DNA of 63,999 bases, counting the filler, from Catajapyx aquilonaris (taxonomy: Eukaryota): the NCBI GenBank assembly GCA_000934665.2. It is 4 parts of 4 records of this genome, joined end to end, with 100 filler letters (N's around TTAATTAATTAA, not from the genome) between each part and the next. Parts side by side here need not be neighbours in the genome. Positions count along the whole stretch, not along the records: positions 16,097 to 32,086 come from JYFJ02007322.1; positions 32,187 to 48,190 come from JYFJ02007323.1; 2 more parts are not named here. The stretch is one strand, 5' to 3'. Positions within the stretch are counted from its first letter, which is position 1. Each line of letters begins with the position of its first letter. Both the position numbers and the translations under genes were made by a program. The notes under the pieces were generated by a model. The model had not been told where the DNA came from. It saw only the letters and a list, made by a program, of their open reading frames with translations, and ran no database searches. This document shows, one piece after another, positions 25,294 through 36,155 of the stretch.

Positions 25294-25603
25294 TAATTAA
25301 GCATTCCATAATTATGTGTTGTAATGTAATTTGCTTTTAATTACACATTTCCATAATTACAAAGTACGATCTAAACTGAGCTACGGTTTACACCTCGCTC
25401 CAGGCTAAACCCCCCCCATCTTTGCAAGTGGAACCGCTGTTTAAACCACGATGAGCCACGGGTTTTAAACTCAAGTCTTACGTTTGCTTTTTTAATTGCT
25501 CATTTTCCATCATTGTGTGTTTCAATGTCATTATTTGGTGAATTGCGAAGACGTGGCCTGTTGAGCCACGGTTTAAACCTCGCTCCTGGCTAGACCTTGC
25601 ACT

Positions 25604-25735
25604 AAGGGCCGGTTTCACCGAGCTCGGTATAAGATAAAACCAGGTTTCTTTTAAGAAAAATTCATACAAAATATGTAGGGAATTTCCGGAAAGAACCCTG
25701 GTTTTATCATATACAGAGCTCGGTGAAACCCCGTC
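25604..25735. mobile_element. Short MITE nested in an older ggtttaaac-repeat element (~25365-25810)
   Basis: TIRs ggtttcaccgagctc.gtata.gataaaaccagg / cctggttttatc.tatac.gagctcggtgaaacc. Confidence 0.65.
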
Positions 25736-26247
25736 TTTGCAAGCGTAACCCCGGTTAAAACTGCGATTTAACTTAGCCGCGGTTTAAACTCCGCCTTTGC
25801 AATCCACCCATTGGGCATTTCCGTAATTATGTGGTTTAATGTCGTTAGGTTTTAATTGCGCATTTACGTACCTGAACTGTGGTAACATATGGACGTAAAA
25901 GAGTTTCAATATTGTACCAGTGACAGTTAAAGTACTCTGTAAACAACAAAGTGCTACAACGCGTTAAAAAGAGCATCACCCATTTAATAAGATTTTTTTT
26001 TTTAAAAACACTGTAACGACAGCAGATTTTCCTGAGGCAAACTGGTCCTTAGTTAGTTAATTATTAGTAACTATGGTTACGATCTGTTACGACAAAAATG
26101 TGCTACGAAATAATTATTTATCGTTAATACAGTTAAATCCGGATATAACAGACTTCAATTACGAGCAGAAATTAATCGTCTGGAGACATACTGTTAATTA
26201 CAGGCCATTACTGTCAGTAACTTATTACCAGCAGTTACTTGAACTGC

Positions 26248-26250
<3 letters not shown>

Positions 26251-26307
<57 letters not shown>
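26251..26307. repeat. (CT)n microsatellite
   Basis: Direct reading. Confidence 0.95.
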
Positions 26308-26308
<1 letters not shown>

Positions 26309-27160
26309 AGCAAAATGCGCGTCAGCCAAATCTAATATTAGAATCCGGCCTTGTTTTGTCCACATTATTGATTGTGAAGCGCTTGATTCAAAATATTCAG
26401 TGACCTGCTTATCCGAAGGTCCTAATGTTGACAATTCTGCTTCAGATTTAGATTCCGGGGGCGGTGGTGACTACGTAAGTCCGGTACTCACATAGTCATT
26501 AGCTGGTTTTACGCCAAACGATTGAATCTTTCATAGGATTTCGTGGGGCTCGCCGCATTAACATTCGGCAGGAACTAATGTCGGCGGCAAACGTGAGAGG
26601 CTTTGTTTTGATAGGTTCGATATCCGACCCCTATGTAAGTGTGTGCAGATCAAATTATTGTTGCGTACGTAATGTCAGCAGATTTTACCGAGGCAGACTG
26701 ATCCGAATGAAGCAGATGGCCTTGACTCTTTTAATATGCACTGGACTTTAGCAATCGGAATGGACTTTTGCCTCAATCCTACAAGGAAGTCGGGACAAAA
26801 GAGCACTGTGTGTCGGAGTAGTCTAATAGAATATGCAGCTATGGAAAGAGGCCATTAATTTCTCATCATGTCAGGAAAGTCGTAAACAATTTCGTCACTT
26901 TGCCTTCAACGAGATAGCCGCATTAAGGTTCAATCGCCTCGGATTGTCATATGCATTGGTGCATATGACTTACGTACACCACAATCGCTCTTTTCGCTTA
27001 ACAAGGAATGTTTCTCATGTTATCATGAAGCCACAAAGGGTTCAAAAGAACAAAAGGCTATGGAATGCAGTTACGCTAATGGCTTATGGCGCCCCAAGTC
27101 TGATAACAAGCTCGTTAGTAGCCTCGGAATCCTGTTTGTGACTACTTGTTCATTTCAGAA

Positions 27161-29536
27161 ATGGATGAGATATTTTTCGAGGCTTGCGACCAAGGCTACT
27201 ACGCCGTAGCCGAATATATTGTGGACAATCATTCAATAGAGAACCTCGTGGACGTCGTGGACCAAGAAGGCAACACCGGAATCCACATTGCCACAATCCG
27301 CGGATGCACCAGTAAGTTCCGATGTTACATAATCCGTTCATGACAATTTCACACTCTTTTAATTTTACAGACATTCTCGAGCTTCTTCTGAAGAACAAAT
27401 GGCCGGTGAACGACGAAGGTGCGAAGAAGGCGACTCCGCTTCACATTGCGGTTCAGATGGGTCTGAAGCCATGCTGCGAGGTTCTGCTGCGAAACGGTGC
27501 GAGCCTGGAATCAAAGGACGAGTTCGGCTTGACCCCGCTGCACTGGGCCGAGATTGACGGGAACCAAGAGCTGCTAGACCTTATGTGTGACTCCATACCG
27601 GCGTCGGAGGAGAAGGTGACTTTTGTGATGTCCACACTGATCTGCACTGCTTCCGTGTGTAGGTGTCGTGCATGCCCCCAAGCACTTGTGTACGCTCTTA
27701 TTATCATCGTCACGATTAGTACGCTCTTATCATCGTCACGATTAGCATTCGTTCTTATTATCATCGTAGTGTACGTTCTTATCATCGTCACGTCATCGTC
27801 ACGTTTAGTGTACGTTCTTATCATCGTCACGTCATCGTCACGATTAGTGTACGTTCTTATCATCGTCACTATTCGTGTACGCTTTTGTTATCACCGATTC
27901 GATCTGACTCTTAAACAGTTTGATTTTCTGTCTGTTTGTACTGATATTTACTGAATTTTTCGCCAGACCAAGGAGCTGTTTGACGCACTGCAGCATAAGA
28001 ACGAGCGTGAGGTCTTGAGCTTGTTGCGGAGAGGAACAGTGGACGTCCGTACTGTTCTGGATGCAAGCGGCGATTCGACTTTGCACTGGGCGGCTCGACG
28101 CGGGTTCTTCAACGTCACGTTCTACCTGCTTCAGTGGCGTGGTGTCCAAGTCGACTGGGAGAGTACGGCCGGAAGAACTGCACTTCATTTGGCCACACTG
28201 AACAGACACTGGGAGGTCGCAAGGTGGATGTATGACGATGCAGGGGCGGACATTGTGTCGAAAGGACGATGGGGATTCGTCTCGATGAAGGTCACCAACG
28301 GCCACATACGGTACCTGAAAGAATGGGTCAGTACGTCTTGCCCAGTCGTTTACATATCATTTACACTAAGTTGATTACAGGTGACGGACATAGAAAAACT
28401 GGTGCTGTCCTGCATCGAAGGCAACGCCGATCTGTTAGCGACCGTCCTAAACGCCTGTCGAATCGGAGCGTGCAGCACCAAACGCGGGAAGCTGGCTCTG
28501 TTGGTCGCCGCAGCTCGTAACTTCCCCCGCGTCGTTACCCTGCTTGTCACGCACGGATGGCCCATAGATATGGTGGACAGCCAGGGTCTGACTGCCCTGC
28601 ATGTGGCGGCCAAAAGCGGGTTCCTGGAGGTAGTGCGGGTCCTGCTGAAGTATGGAGCCAACACCGGGGTGAAGGACAACGACGGCGAGACTGCTTGCGA
28701 TCTGGCTGAACGTAACGGGTACTTCGAGGTCGTGGCCCAGTTTGATGTACAGCGTGCTAAGGAGATTGCCCGGGGGAAGGTACGTACCGTGGGTGCAAAC
28801 CATGCGGATTCTCATCGTTACGTTTCAGATGAAAACGGCTTGCCGAGAGCAGGACGTCGTGGCGATGCTGCAGTTAGCAAACAGCCCATATGCGGACGTT
28901 GCTGATGATCAATCCTGGCCTGGTGCTTGCATCTTGGGTGCGTCCTGTTGCGGACATCTCCCGACGGTTCTGTCCCTGCTTAGGAAGGGAATATCGGCTA
29001 ACCTGCCCGACAGCGAGGGTCGGACGCCGTTGCATCTGGCCGCACTGTGGGGACGGCTCGGAGTGTGCGAGGTCCTCGTGTCCAAGGGAGCCCAGCTGGA
29101 CTCCAAGACCAAGTGCGGGAACCTCCCGATACACATGGCCGCTGCCGTTGGACATCCGGAAGTCGTCAAGTACTTTCTGGCAAAAGGAGTGTCCATCAAT
29201 GTTCGCGGTAAGACCTGATGCGGCAGACGGAATCGGTGTGTTACGCGTTTGTACGTTTCAGGCGAGCGAGGTCGGACTGCGCTTCACCAGGCAGCGGCTC
29301 GGGGTCACTCCCACCTTGTGCCGCTTCTGATGAGCCTAGGAGCCGACCCATTCGCAAAGGATATGCAGGGGCGGACAGCCAGCCAGCTGGCCGGATCCGA
29401 CTCGGAGTTTACGATGCTGGTCGAGAAGGAGACGAAGCGGCGGGCCATCCCTAAAGTCAGGTTGGATTCGCTCATGCGGAGTTCAAAGGATACGGGCAAT
29501 GATGCGAGGCCTGCGAAAAGGAGGAGGCATAAGTAA
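27161..29536 (+). CDS. Ankyrin-repeat protein (~602 aa) with C-terminal basic NLS-like motif
   Basis: Exons 27161-27311, 27371-27615, 27967-28326, 28381-28779, 28829-29207, 29262-29536, all GT-AG and frame-consistent. Many ANK repeats; ends RPAKRRRHK*. Additional 5' exons near 26400-26700 are possible. Confidence 0.9.
27685..27885. repeat. Intronic minisatellite (~39-bp unit)
   Basis: gtgtacgttcttatcatcgtcacgtcatcgtcacg(a/t)tta and shorter variants within intron 27616-27966. Confidence 0.85.
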
Positions 29537-32086
29537 GCCGATGGGTAAGACCAAGCGGTACAATGATCAGTTGTGCAGCAAGTACTTGCGGAGATTCATT
29601 TCTAAAAAGAAGGAGCATTGTTGTAAAATTGTCGTTTACGTCTGCAAATGGCGTGTAATTTTTTGTGTGACGTTTTAGCCGTGGTGTAAAACATATGTCA
29701 CTTTGAAATGAACGCTTTCGTTAACCATTGCACCCTAAAGCCGATGCTCTGTCGTAAAAAAAAATAGATCACAAAGTCAGTATGATTGTGTTGCATGATC
29801 TGTCGTATGCGATTTGTATGATTCAACATAAAATTATGTTAAGTCATACAATGTGATACTCACATTGTTGTACAATTTATCGTGTGGGTGATGACTGTTA
29901 AATTTTTCTCACTTTTTTTCTTTGCAGCAGGTTTTGAAAGAAACGAATGGTTTTTAACAAAAAAACGCTCTCATTGCAGCATGTTGCATCAACAGTCGTA
30001 CATTTCAATACTCGTGCGTAATTTGCCCCGAAACGACTGTTGACATAACGGACTTATTTGCATGCTAAATCATCGCGATTCTTGGTGCCAAATCAGTATT
30101 TTTTTTTCCCCCCCTTGGCGCAGGTTCATTTTTCTCCGAGCTTTATCCAGTGCCAATGTTGCCATTTTTATAGTCATAAAATCCACCCATTAAGCTGTTT
30201 TTTTTTTCTTCTGTACGTTTAATATGTATTCAATGTTTAAGGAATGAGCTGTCGAGACGGATTTTTGACTGATTTGTAGACTGAATAGGCTTTAAAAAAA
30301 TTGGATTCATTGGTTATGATACCGGTTGGCAAAAATAATCGGGGGCGAATCCTAATTACTTAAGGTTCGTACTGTTCGGTTCTGGCGTCACAGCTTTTTT
30401 TCCCCCCCGTTTAGTTCGTAAGGCCCGTTCGTTCGCTGCTGGATCAATCTCGTTAAAAGCGGAAGTTTTACATTTTTAAGTAGCATGCGAATGCTTCCCA
30501 ATTGCATTTAACTCTTATCGCAAGATTGCGATGTCTACAAAAAGAGGAATATTTACATTACATAATCATGTCAGGGTTTGTACATTTCTCGCAGGGTGGC
30601 CAGTGGGATACTTATTTTTAAGAGGGTCGGGAGGGCAGCAAGTCTCGTGAGGAGTCGAATATCACAATATGTGGCCACCGATTCGTCATTTGAACAAATT
30701 CCATCCATCTTAATTGCCCCCCCAAAAAAGGGGCAGCCAGTGTTATCTTCCAGCGAACTTGTCATGTTTACGAGAAAGGTAAAATGATTGTTTGGGAGGG
30801 GTTACGTGAGATTTGTGTGTTGTACCAGTGCCATGACAAGTTGTTTTTAATCGTTGCAGTTCAGCCGTAAGCATTAATGTTTCCGTTTGCTGTATAGCGG
30901 GTGTCATTTAACGTGACTTTGTGAAGTAGGTTCTAGGTCGTAAAATGTGTTAAAACAAGCTGGGAGCCGACTATAGATTCTGCCGAAGGGTCCTGAAGCA
31001 ACGCTGCGCTTCAATTATTGAAAAAAGGTGTGAATAGCTTGCTTTAGCGATTGCTCCGGTACTTTTTTTTTTAAATTGTAAAAGGCCAGAGAAGTTTTAC
31101 AAGAGAATTATAATAGTCAATGACCAACATTACATGAAGGGATGTACCCAAGTATTTGTACTTTAAAAAAAAGTAAATAAAAGTGATAAATAGATGTTGT
31201 AAACATATCTTATACTGCAATGTTCACATGTGGTATTGCATGCACCCTGATGACCAACTTGACGGCTAATTATAAATCTGTAATTAATGAGGCACGTACG
31301 CACCAAGTACAGTATGTGCTAATTAGTGTGGCAAACATTTGCGCTGCATAGTTTGTCCAGTGAAACACTCCCATGAACGTCACTCTCCCTAACAATGAAT
31401 GACTCGCAGGTTTTAAATCAAACTTTGGTAATAACAAAATACACTTTATATATTATAGCAAACAAATATATTTCTCACAAAAGGTCTTGCAAAATATACG
31501 GTACTAATGGTGAGGCGATCACTACATAAATCTGTGGTCCCGATAATTGGAAAACAATGATCATATAAAATTACATTTCATTTCGACAACCAATGGCACG
31601 GTGTACAGGTAACACATTTATGTTCTGCGCAAATTTTTTTTTTGATTAATCGCAGCAATGATTGAGTAGGCCAAAAAAAATTTGATTAACCATAGCCTTC
31701 TCAGGGTTATAACGTAAAAAAAGGTATATTATATCCTTGCAGTCTATCCATCTCTTTTGCAAATATCACAAGCCGTTTACCAACATCAATGCACATTTTT
31801 TTTTTTTGTGCACAAACAGAGGACGGTTCTGACCAAACCGTACGACTTTCCATTCCCTGCACGATGTAAACATACAGCAGCCTAAATGCAACATATGAAA
31901 AGGAGATCCCGCAGCTTTTTTTTTTTGGTTCAGTATCAAAAAGTGGTACGATTGTACGAAAAGTACAGTAGAAATCCGACTGTCCCTCTCTGGCAATGTG
32001 TTATTTTCATGAAATAACTACTTGCCCAAACCCAGAATAATTCGCTCACCCTGATATTTCCCAGTTGAGAATATGGAAATGACGAA

Positions 32087-32186
32087 NNNNNNNNNNNNNN
32101 NNNNNNNNNNNNNNNNNNNNNNNNNNNNNNTTAATTAATTAANNNNNNNNNNNNNNNNNNNNNNNNNNNNNNNNNNNNNNNNNNNN
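32087..32186. other. Artificial contig spacer
   Basis: N44-TTAATTAATTAA-N44. Confidence 0.97.
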
Positions 32187-32491
32187 AAGGAGGGATGTAA
32201 ACTTAAATCATGTGTCCAGGCCCCAATTCTTGGTAGAGTTGGGCGATATCAGTAATGAAAAATTTGAAATATTAAAAAGGCTACTAAATACCTATTACAG
32301 ATACAAACGAATAAGTGAAGATTTAAAAAAATAAAATAAAAACAGACGTTTTAATACACAAGATACGAGGAAAGTAAATAGACCACGGTGTTCCTTAAAG
32401 AAAATTGTCGAGGTGGTGAAGTCCGCCCCCAAGTTAGGGGGGCGCAAAAGTGCTATGTTTTTCTAAAGAATGTAACAATATGTCAATAAAC

Positions 32492-32557
<66 letters not shown>
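32492..32557. repeat. (TTA)n microsatellite
   Basis: Direct reading. Confidence 0.95.
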
Positions 32558-32747
32558 GTTGTCCAGGAGTGGGTGCACCGCACCTCCAAAAAGTGGTTCC
32601 TGGAGGGCCTGGAGAGGTTGACACACCCATGACTCCTGTGTATTCGGCTCCAGGAGGGTTTTATCGATAATGTGTGCCCTTCTGCCGGCCTGCATGGTAT
32701 ATTTGTGGCAAAAAAATAAAGTGAAAAGACTTTCCGTACTCCCCTCG
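32558..32747 (+). mobile_element. Mariner 3' end fragment
   Basis: VVQEWVHRTSKKWFLEGLERL (mariner C-terminus) and TIR ending cccctcg-TA; homologous to 45697-46087. Confidence 0.75.
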
Positions 32748-32750
32748 TAA

Positions 32751-34219
32751 TAGGGCCCCTTGCAAAAAGCGGTTGAAACTTTGCGTCTGTCTTATTCGAA
32801 AACTGGAAAAGTTACAAGTATGACTTTTGCCTAGTTTTGAAGCTCTGTTGATGTGCATTTGTCCGGGTATGCAGATGACGCAAAATTCACGAGATGGGGA
32901 GAAAAACAAAAGACGAATGATACCCCCTCTAGGCCCCATTTTTGACGAAAGTGTCCCACCCTTTTCATTTGAAAACCAAAACAGTTACAGATATGAACTT
33001 TACTGAGTTTTGAAGCTCTATTGACAATGTCACTTTGAGTGGTATACAGATGGACCAATAATCACGTGAGGGGGTGGGTGAAAAAATTGAAATGGCACCC
33101 CTCCTTCCCCAGCACTAAATCTGAGGAGGGGTTGGACAAAATATTGTATCCAGGTAAGTTTGGGTCAAGTTTTCGTCCCATTGCTAGTTACTGCTAACTT
33201 GGCAGTACCAAGCATGGCACTGGTACAGCTAAGTTATCAGTAACTACGAGGAGTGATCAGAAAGTAAGGTCTCCAAGGCTGTAACGTTTATTCTGTATGA
33301 ACACAAATGACGAAACTTACAGGGTACATGAGGACAACGGACATCTACTTTTCGGCGTAGTTTCCACACCGAAGAACGCACTTATCCCATCAGCAGACCA
33401 GTTTCTCAATCCCTTCCCACTAGAAAGGGCTGCCCTGTTGACAGCACCAGTCACGCACAGCCTTCTTCACCTCATCGTCGCTTCGGAAATGCCGACCTGC
33501 CATGTCTGCTTTCAGGGCTCTGAATAAGTGATAGTCTGTTGGGGGCTAGTTTGGGACTATATAGGGTGGGTGAGGAAGAACTTCCCAGCCGTATCCATTC
33601 AGCAAAGCCATGGTGTCCCTCGATGTGTGCGGAGGGCGTTGTCGTGGAGAAGGATGACCCCAGCAGTGAGCAATCCGGGTGGTTTCCACCTGATGGCCTC
33701 CCACAACTTCGCCAGGGTCACTGCGTATCTATCCGAATTGATAGTCACCCTGTGCTCCAGGAAGTCAATGAGGAGAACACCAGCAGAATCCCAGAACACG
33801 GTAACCATGACTTTCCCAGCTGACGGGACACTTTTGAACTTGGTCTGCCGATGGGATAAGTGCGTTCTTCGGTTTGGAAACTACGTCGAAAAGTAGATGT
33901 CCATTGTCCTCATGTACCCTGTAAGTTTTGTCATTTGTGTTCATACAGAATAAATGTTACAGCCTTGGAGACCTTACTTTCTGATCACTCCTTGTAGCAA
34001 TGGTATGAAAATTTTCCATTGTTTGCATTAAAGCAGTGCCGAGGAACGAGGGTGCCGTTTCAATTTCTTTTTCTGCTCCCTCGTGAGGTTATTGGTCAAC
34101 ACCACCCAAAGTAACATCGATAGAGATTCAAAACTTAGTAAAGTTCATAATTATCTGTAACTGTTTTGGTTTTCAAATGAAAAGGGTGGGACACTTGGGT
34201 CAATAATGGCACCTGGGGN

Positions 34220-34255
<36 letters not shown>

Positions 34256-34424
34256 CGTTCGTCGTTTGTTTCTCTCCCCCTCTCGTGATTTTTGCGTCAT
34301 CTGCTTACCCTGACAAATGCACATCAACAGAGCTCCAAAACTAGGTAAAAGTCATATTTGTAACTTTTCTGGTTTTCGAATAAGACAGACGCAAAATTTC
34401 AACTGCTTTTCGAAGGGGGCCCTA
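32751..34424. mobile_element. Non-autonomous DNA transposon with ~350-bp TIRs, containing nested insertions
   Basis: 32751-33115 is the reverse complement of ~34035-34424 (tagggcccc...gggggcccta; tttgcgtctgtcttattcgaaaac / gttttcgaataagacagacgcaaa). Confidence 0.88.
33247..33994 (-). mobile_element. Mariner-derived element with ~120-bp TIRs and transposase fragment
   Basis: TA-flanked. Internal KFKSVPSAGKVMVTVFWDSAGVLLIDFLE...VILLHDNA; both ends carry the WDKCV.R.GNY.EK coding 3' end. Confidence 0.9.
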
Positions 34425-34431
34425 ATATATA

Positions 34432-35196
34432 CAGGGTGGGGCAAAAGTCATGGGCGGATTAAAAAGACGCAGCATGGCGTAAGTAACGAACAATTATATT
34501 TAAAAACAATTACACTACACAGAGAAAGATATGCCATTTATGGATCGAGGTCCAAAAAAGTCACATTTTGAACACAACACTGGATAGATGTCTACCTTTG
34601 CGGGCAGCACATTATTCCTCCAAGCGCCGAACAAAACCCTTCATAACGTGCTCCAGCATGTCCAGGAGAATGTTTCTCATGGCGTGTCTTATCTGATCCT
34701 CAATCTGATCTTATCTGATCAGCCAATGACTGAGGACATATGGCGAACACCAAACTCTTCAGGTACCCCCACAAGAAGAAGTCGGGGGTGGTCGAATCCG
34801 GTGACAGCGGCTGCCATGAAATGTCCCCAAATCTCGAAATGACCCGCCCAGGAAACACTTGACTTTTAATTTGTTTGGTGTTCGCCACATGTCCTCAGTC
34901 ATTGGCTGATCAGATAAGATCAGATTGAGGATCAGATAAGACACGCCATGAGAAACATTCTCCTGGACATGCTGGAGCGCGTTATGAAGGGTTTTGTCCG
35001 GCGCTTGGAGGAATAATGTGTTGCCCGCAAAGGTAGACATCTATCCAGTGTTGTTTTCAAAATGTGACTTTTTTGGACCTCGATCCATAAATGGCATATC
35101 TTTCTCTGTGTAGTGTAATTTTTTTTAAATATAATTGTTCGTTACTTACGCCATGCTGTGTCTTTTTAATCCGCCTATGACTTTTGCCCCACCCTG
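34432..35196. mobile_element. Near-palindromic Tc1/mariner-type element (~320-bp arms)
   Basis: TA-cagggtggggcaaaagtcat ... atgacttttgccccaccctg-TA. The centre encodes ISRFGDISWQPLSPDSTTPDFFLWGYLKSLV (WPPRSPDL..DFFLWGYLK motif). Confidence 0.92.
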
Positions 35197-35281
35197 TATA
35201 TACCCTTGTATTATATCTAGACTCGAGAGCAGTGGTTCCCAACCTTTTTTTGGCCGCAGCCCACATCAGATAGGAAAAATA

Positions 35282-35478
35282 CAGGGTGGACCAAATTCAA
35301 GTGTCGTTTTATAACGGCGTTTAATAGCAGTGATTTTGCGATGACGTAGCAGCGACGTGTAAAATGTCCCACTTCGGCGCCATCGAAGTGGGCCATTTTA
35401 CACATCGCTGCTACGTCAATCGTAAAGCGCTTCTATTAATAGTCGTTATAAAACGACACTTGAAGTTGGTCCACCCTG
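35282..35478. mobile_element. Tc1/mariner-type MITE inserted in a hAT-like MITE end
   Basis: TIRs cagggtggaccaa.ttcaagtgtcgtttt / aaaacgacacttgaagttggtccaccctg with TA TSD; host begins cagtggttcccaacc at ~35230. Confidence 0.85.
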
Positions 35479-36155
35479 TATATCGCGGCCCACCTAATGA
35501 GCCCAGGATTTTTTTTCGGGGGGGTTTCTGAAAAGTTTCGAACTGAATGGGTGTGTATTTGATGAAATTGGTAGCACTTTTTCCAAAAAAAATCATGAAT
35601 TTGTAATTTCTGTGTTAAGAACTAGTGGCGTGCAGATTTTTTTTTTCTTTTTTTCCATACTGTGCTCTTGCTCCTCATTTCGCAAGATCATTTTATAGTT
35701 TACACAAAAATTTAAAGCTTAAAATGATTAATTTTGGCGCGAAGTTGTTATTTATTAATATCACTCCTATACATCAAGGGAGAGAAAACGGCCTAAATAC
35801 CTGCCAAAAACTCCGCGATCAACAGGTTAAGAGCCTGAATGGCTAGGAAAGTCCAACAAACTCCTAGTAGTAGTTGTCTAGCAACTGGGACAACAACTAT
35901 TATGTCCAATAATGACAACTGCGACAACAATCAAGTCCAATAATGTCAGGCATCCGCCATCTTTACTAGGGTAATATTGTTAGCCTTGCCTCACATTTCA
36001 CCCCAAGTCGTTTCTCTAGATATATATATTATACCAGAACTCTTTGATCAAAACTTAACAGATATTGATGCTATTCAGTCTTCCAATGATTGTTATAGAA
36101 CTAAAGTAATGCTATATAGGCCTGTACACCCTGTACTGTACATGTTTAATTACAG

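Noticed and set aside
27616..27954. Hydrophobic transmembrane-like extension in ORF 27322-27954
   Set aside because: It is the translation of an intronic minisatellite between good splice sites.
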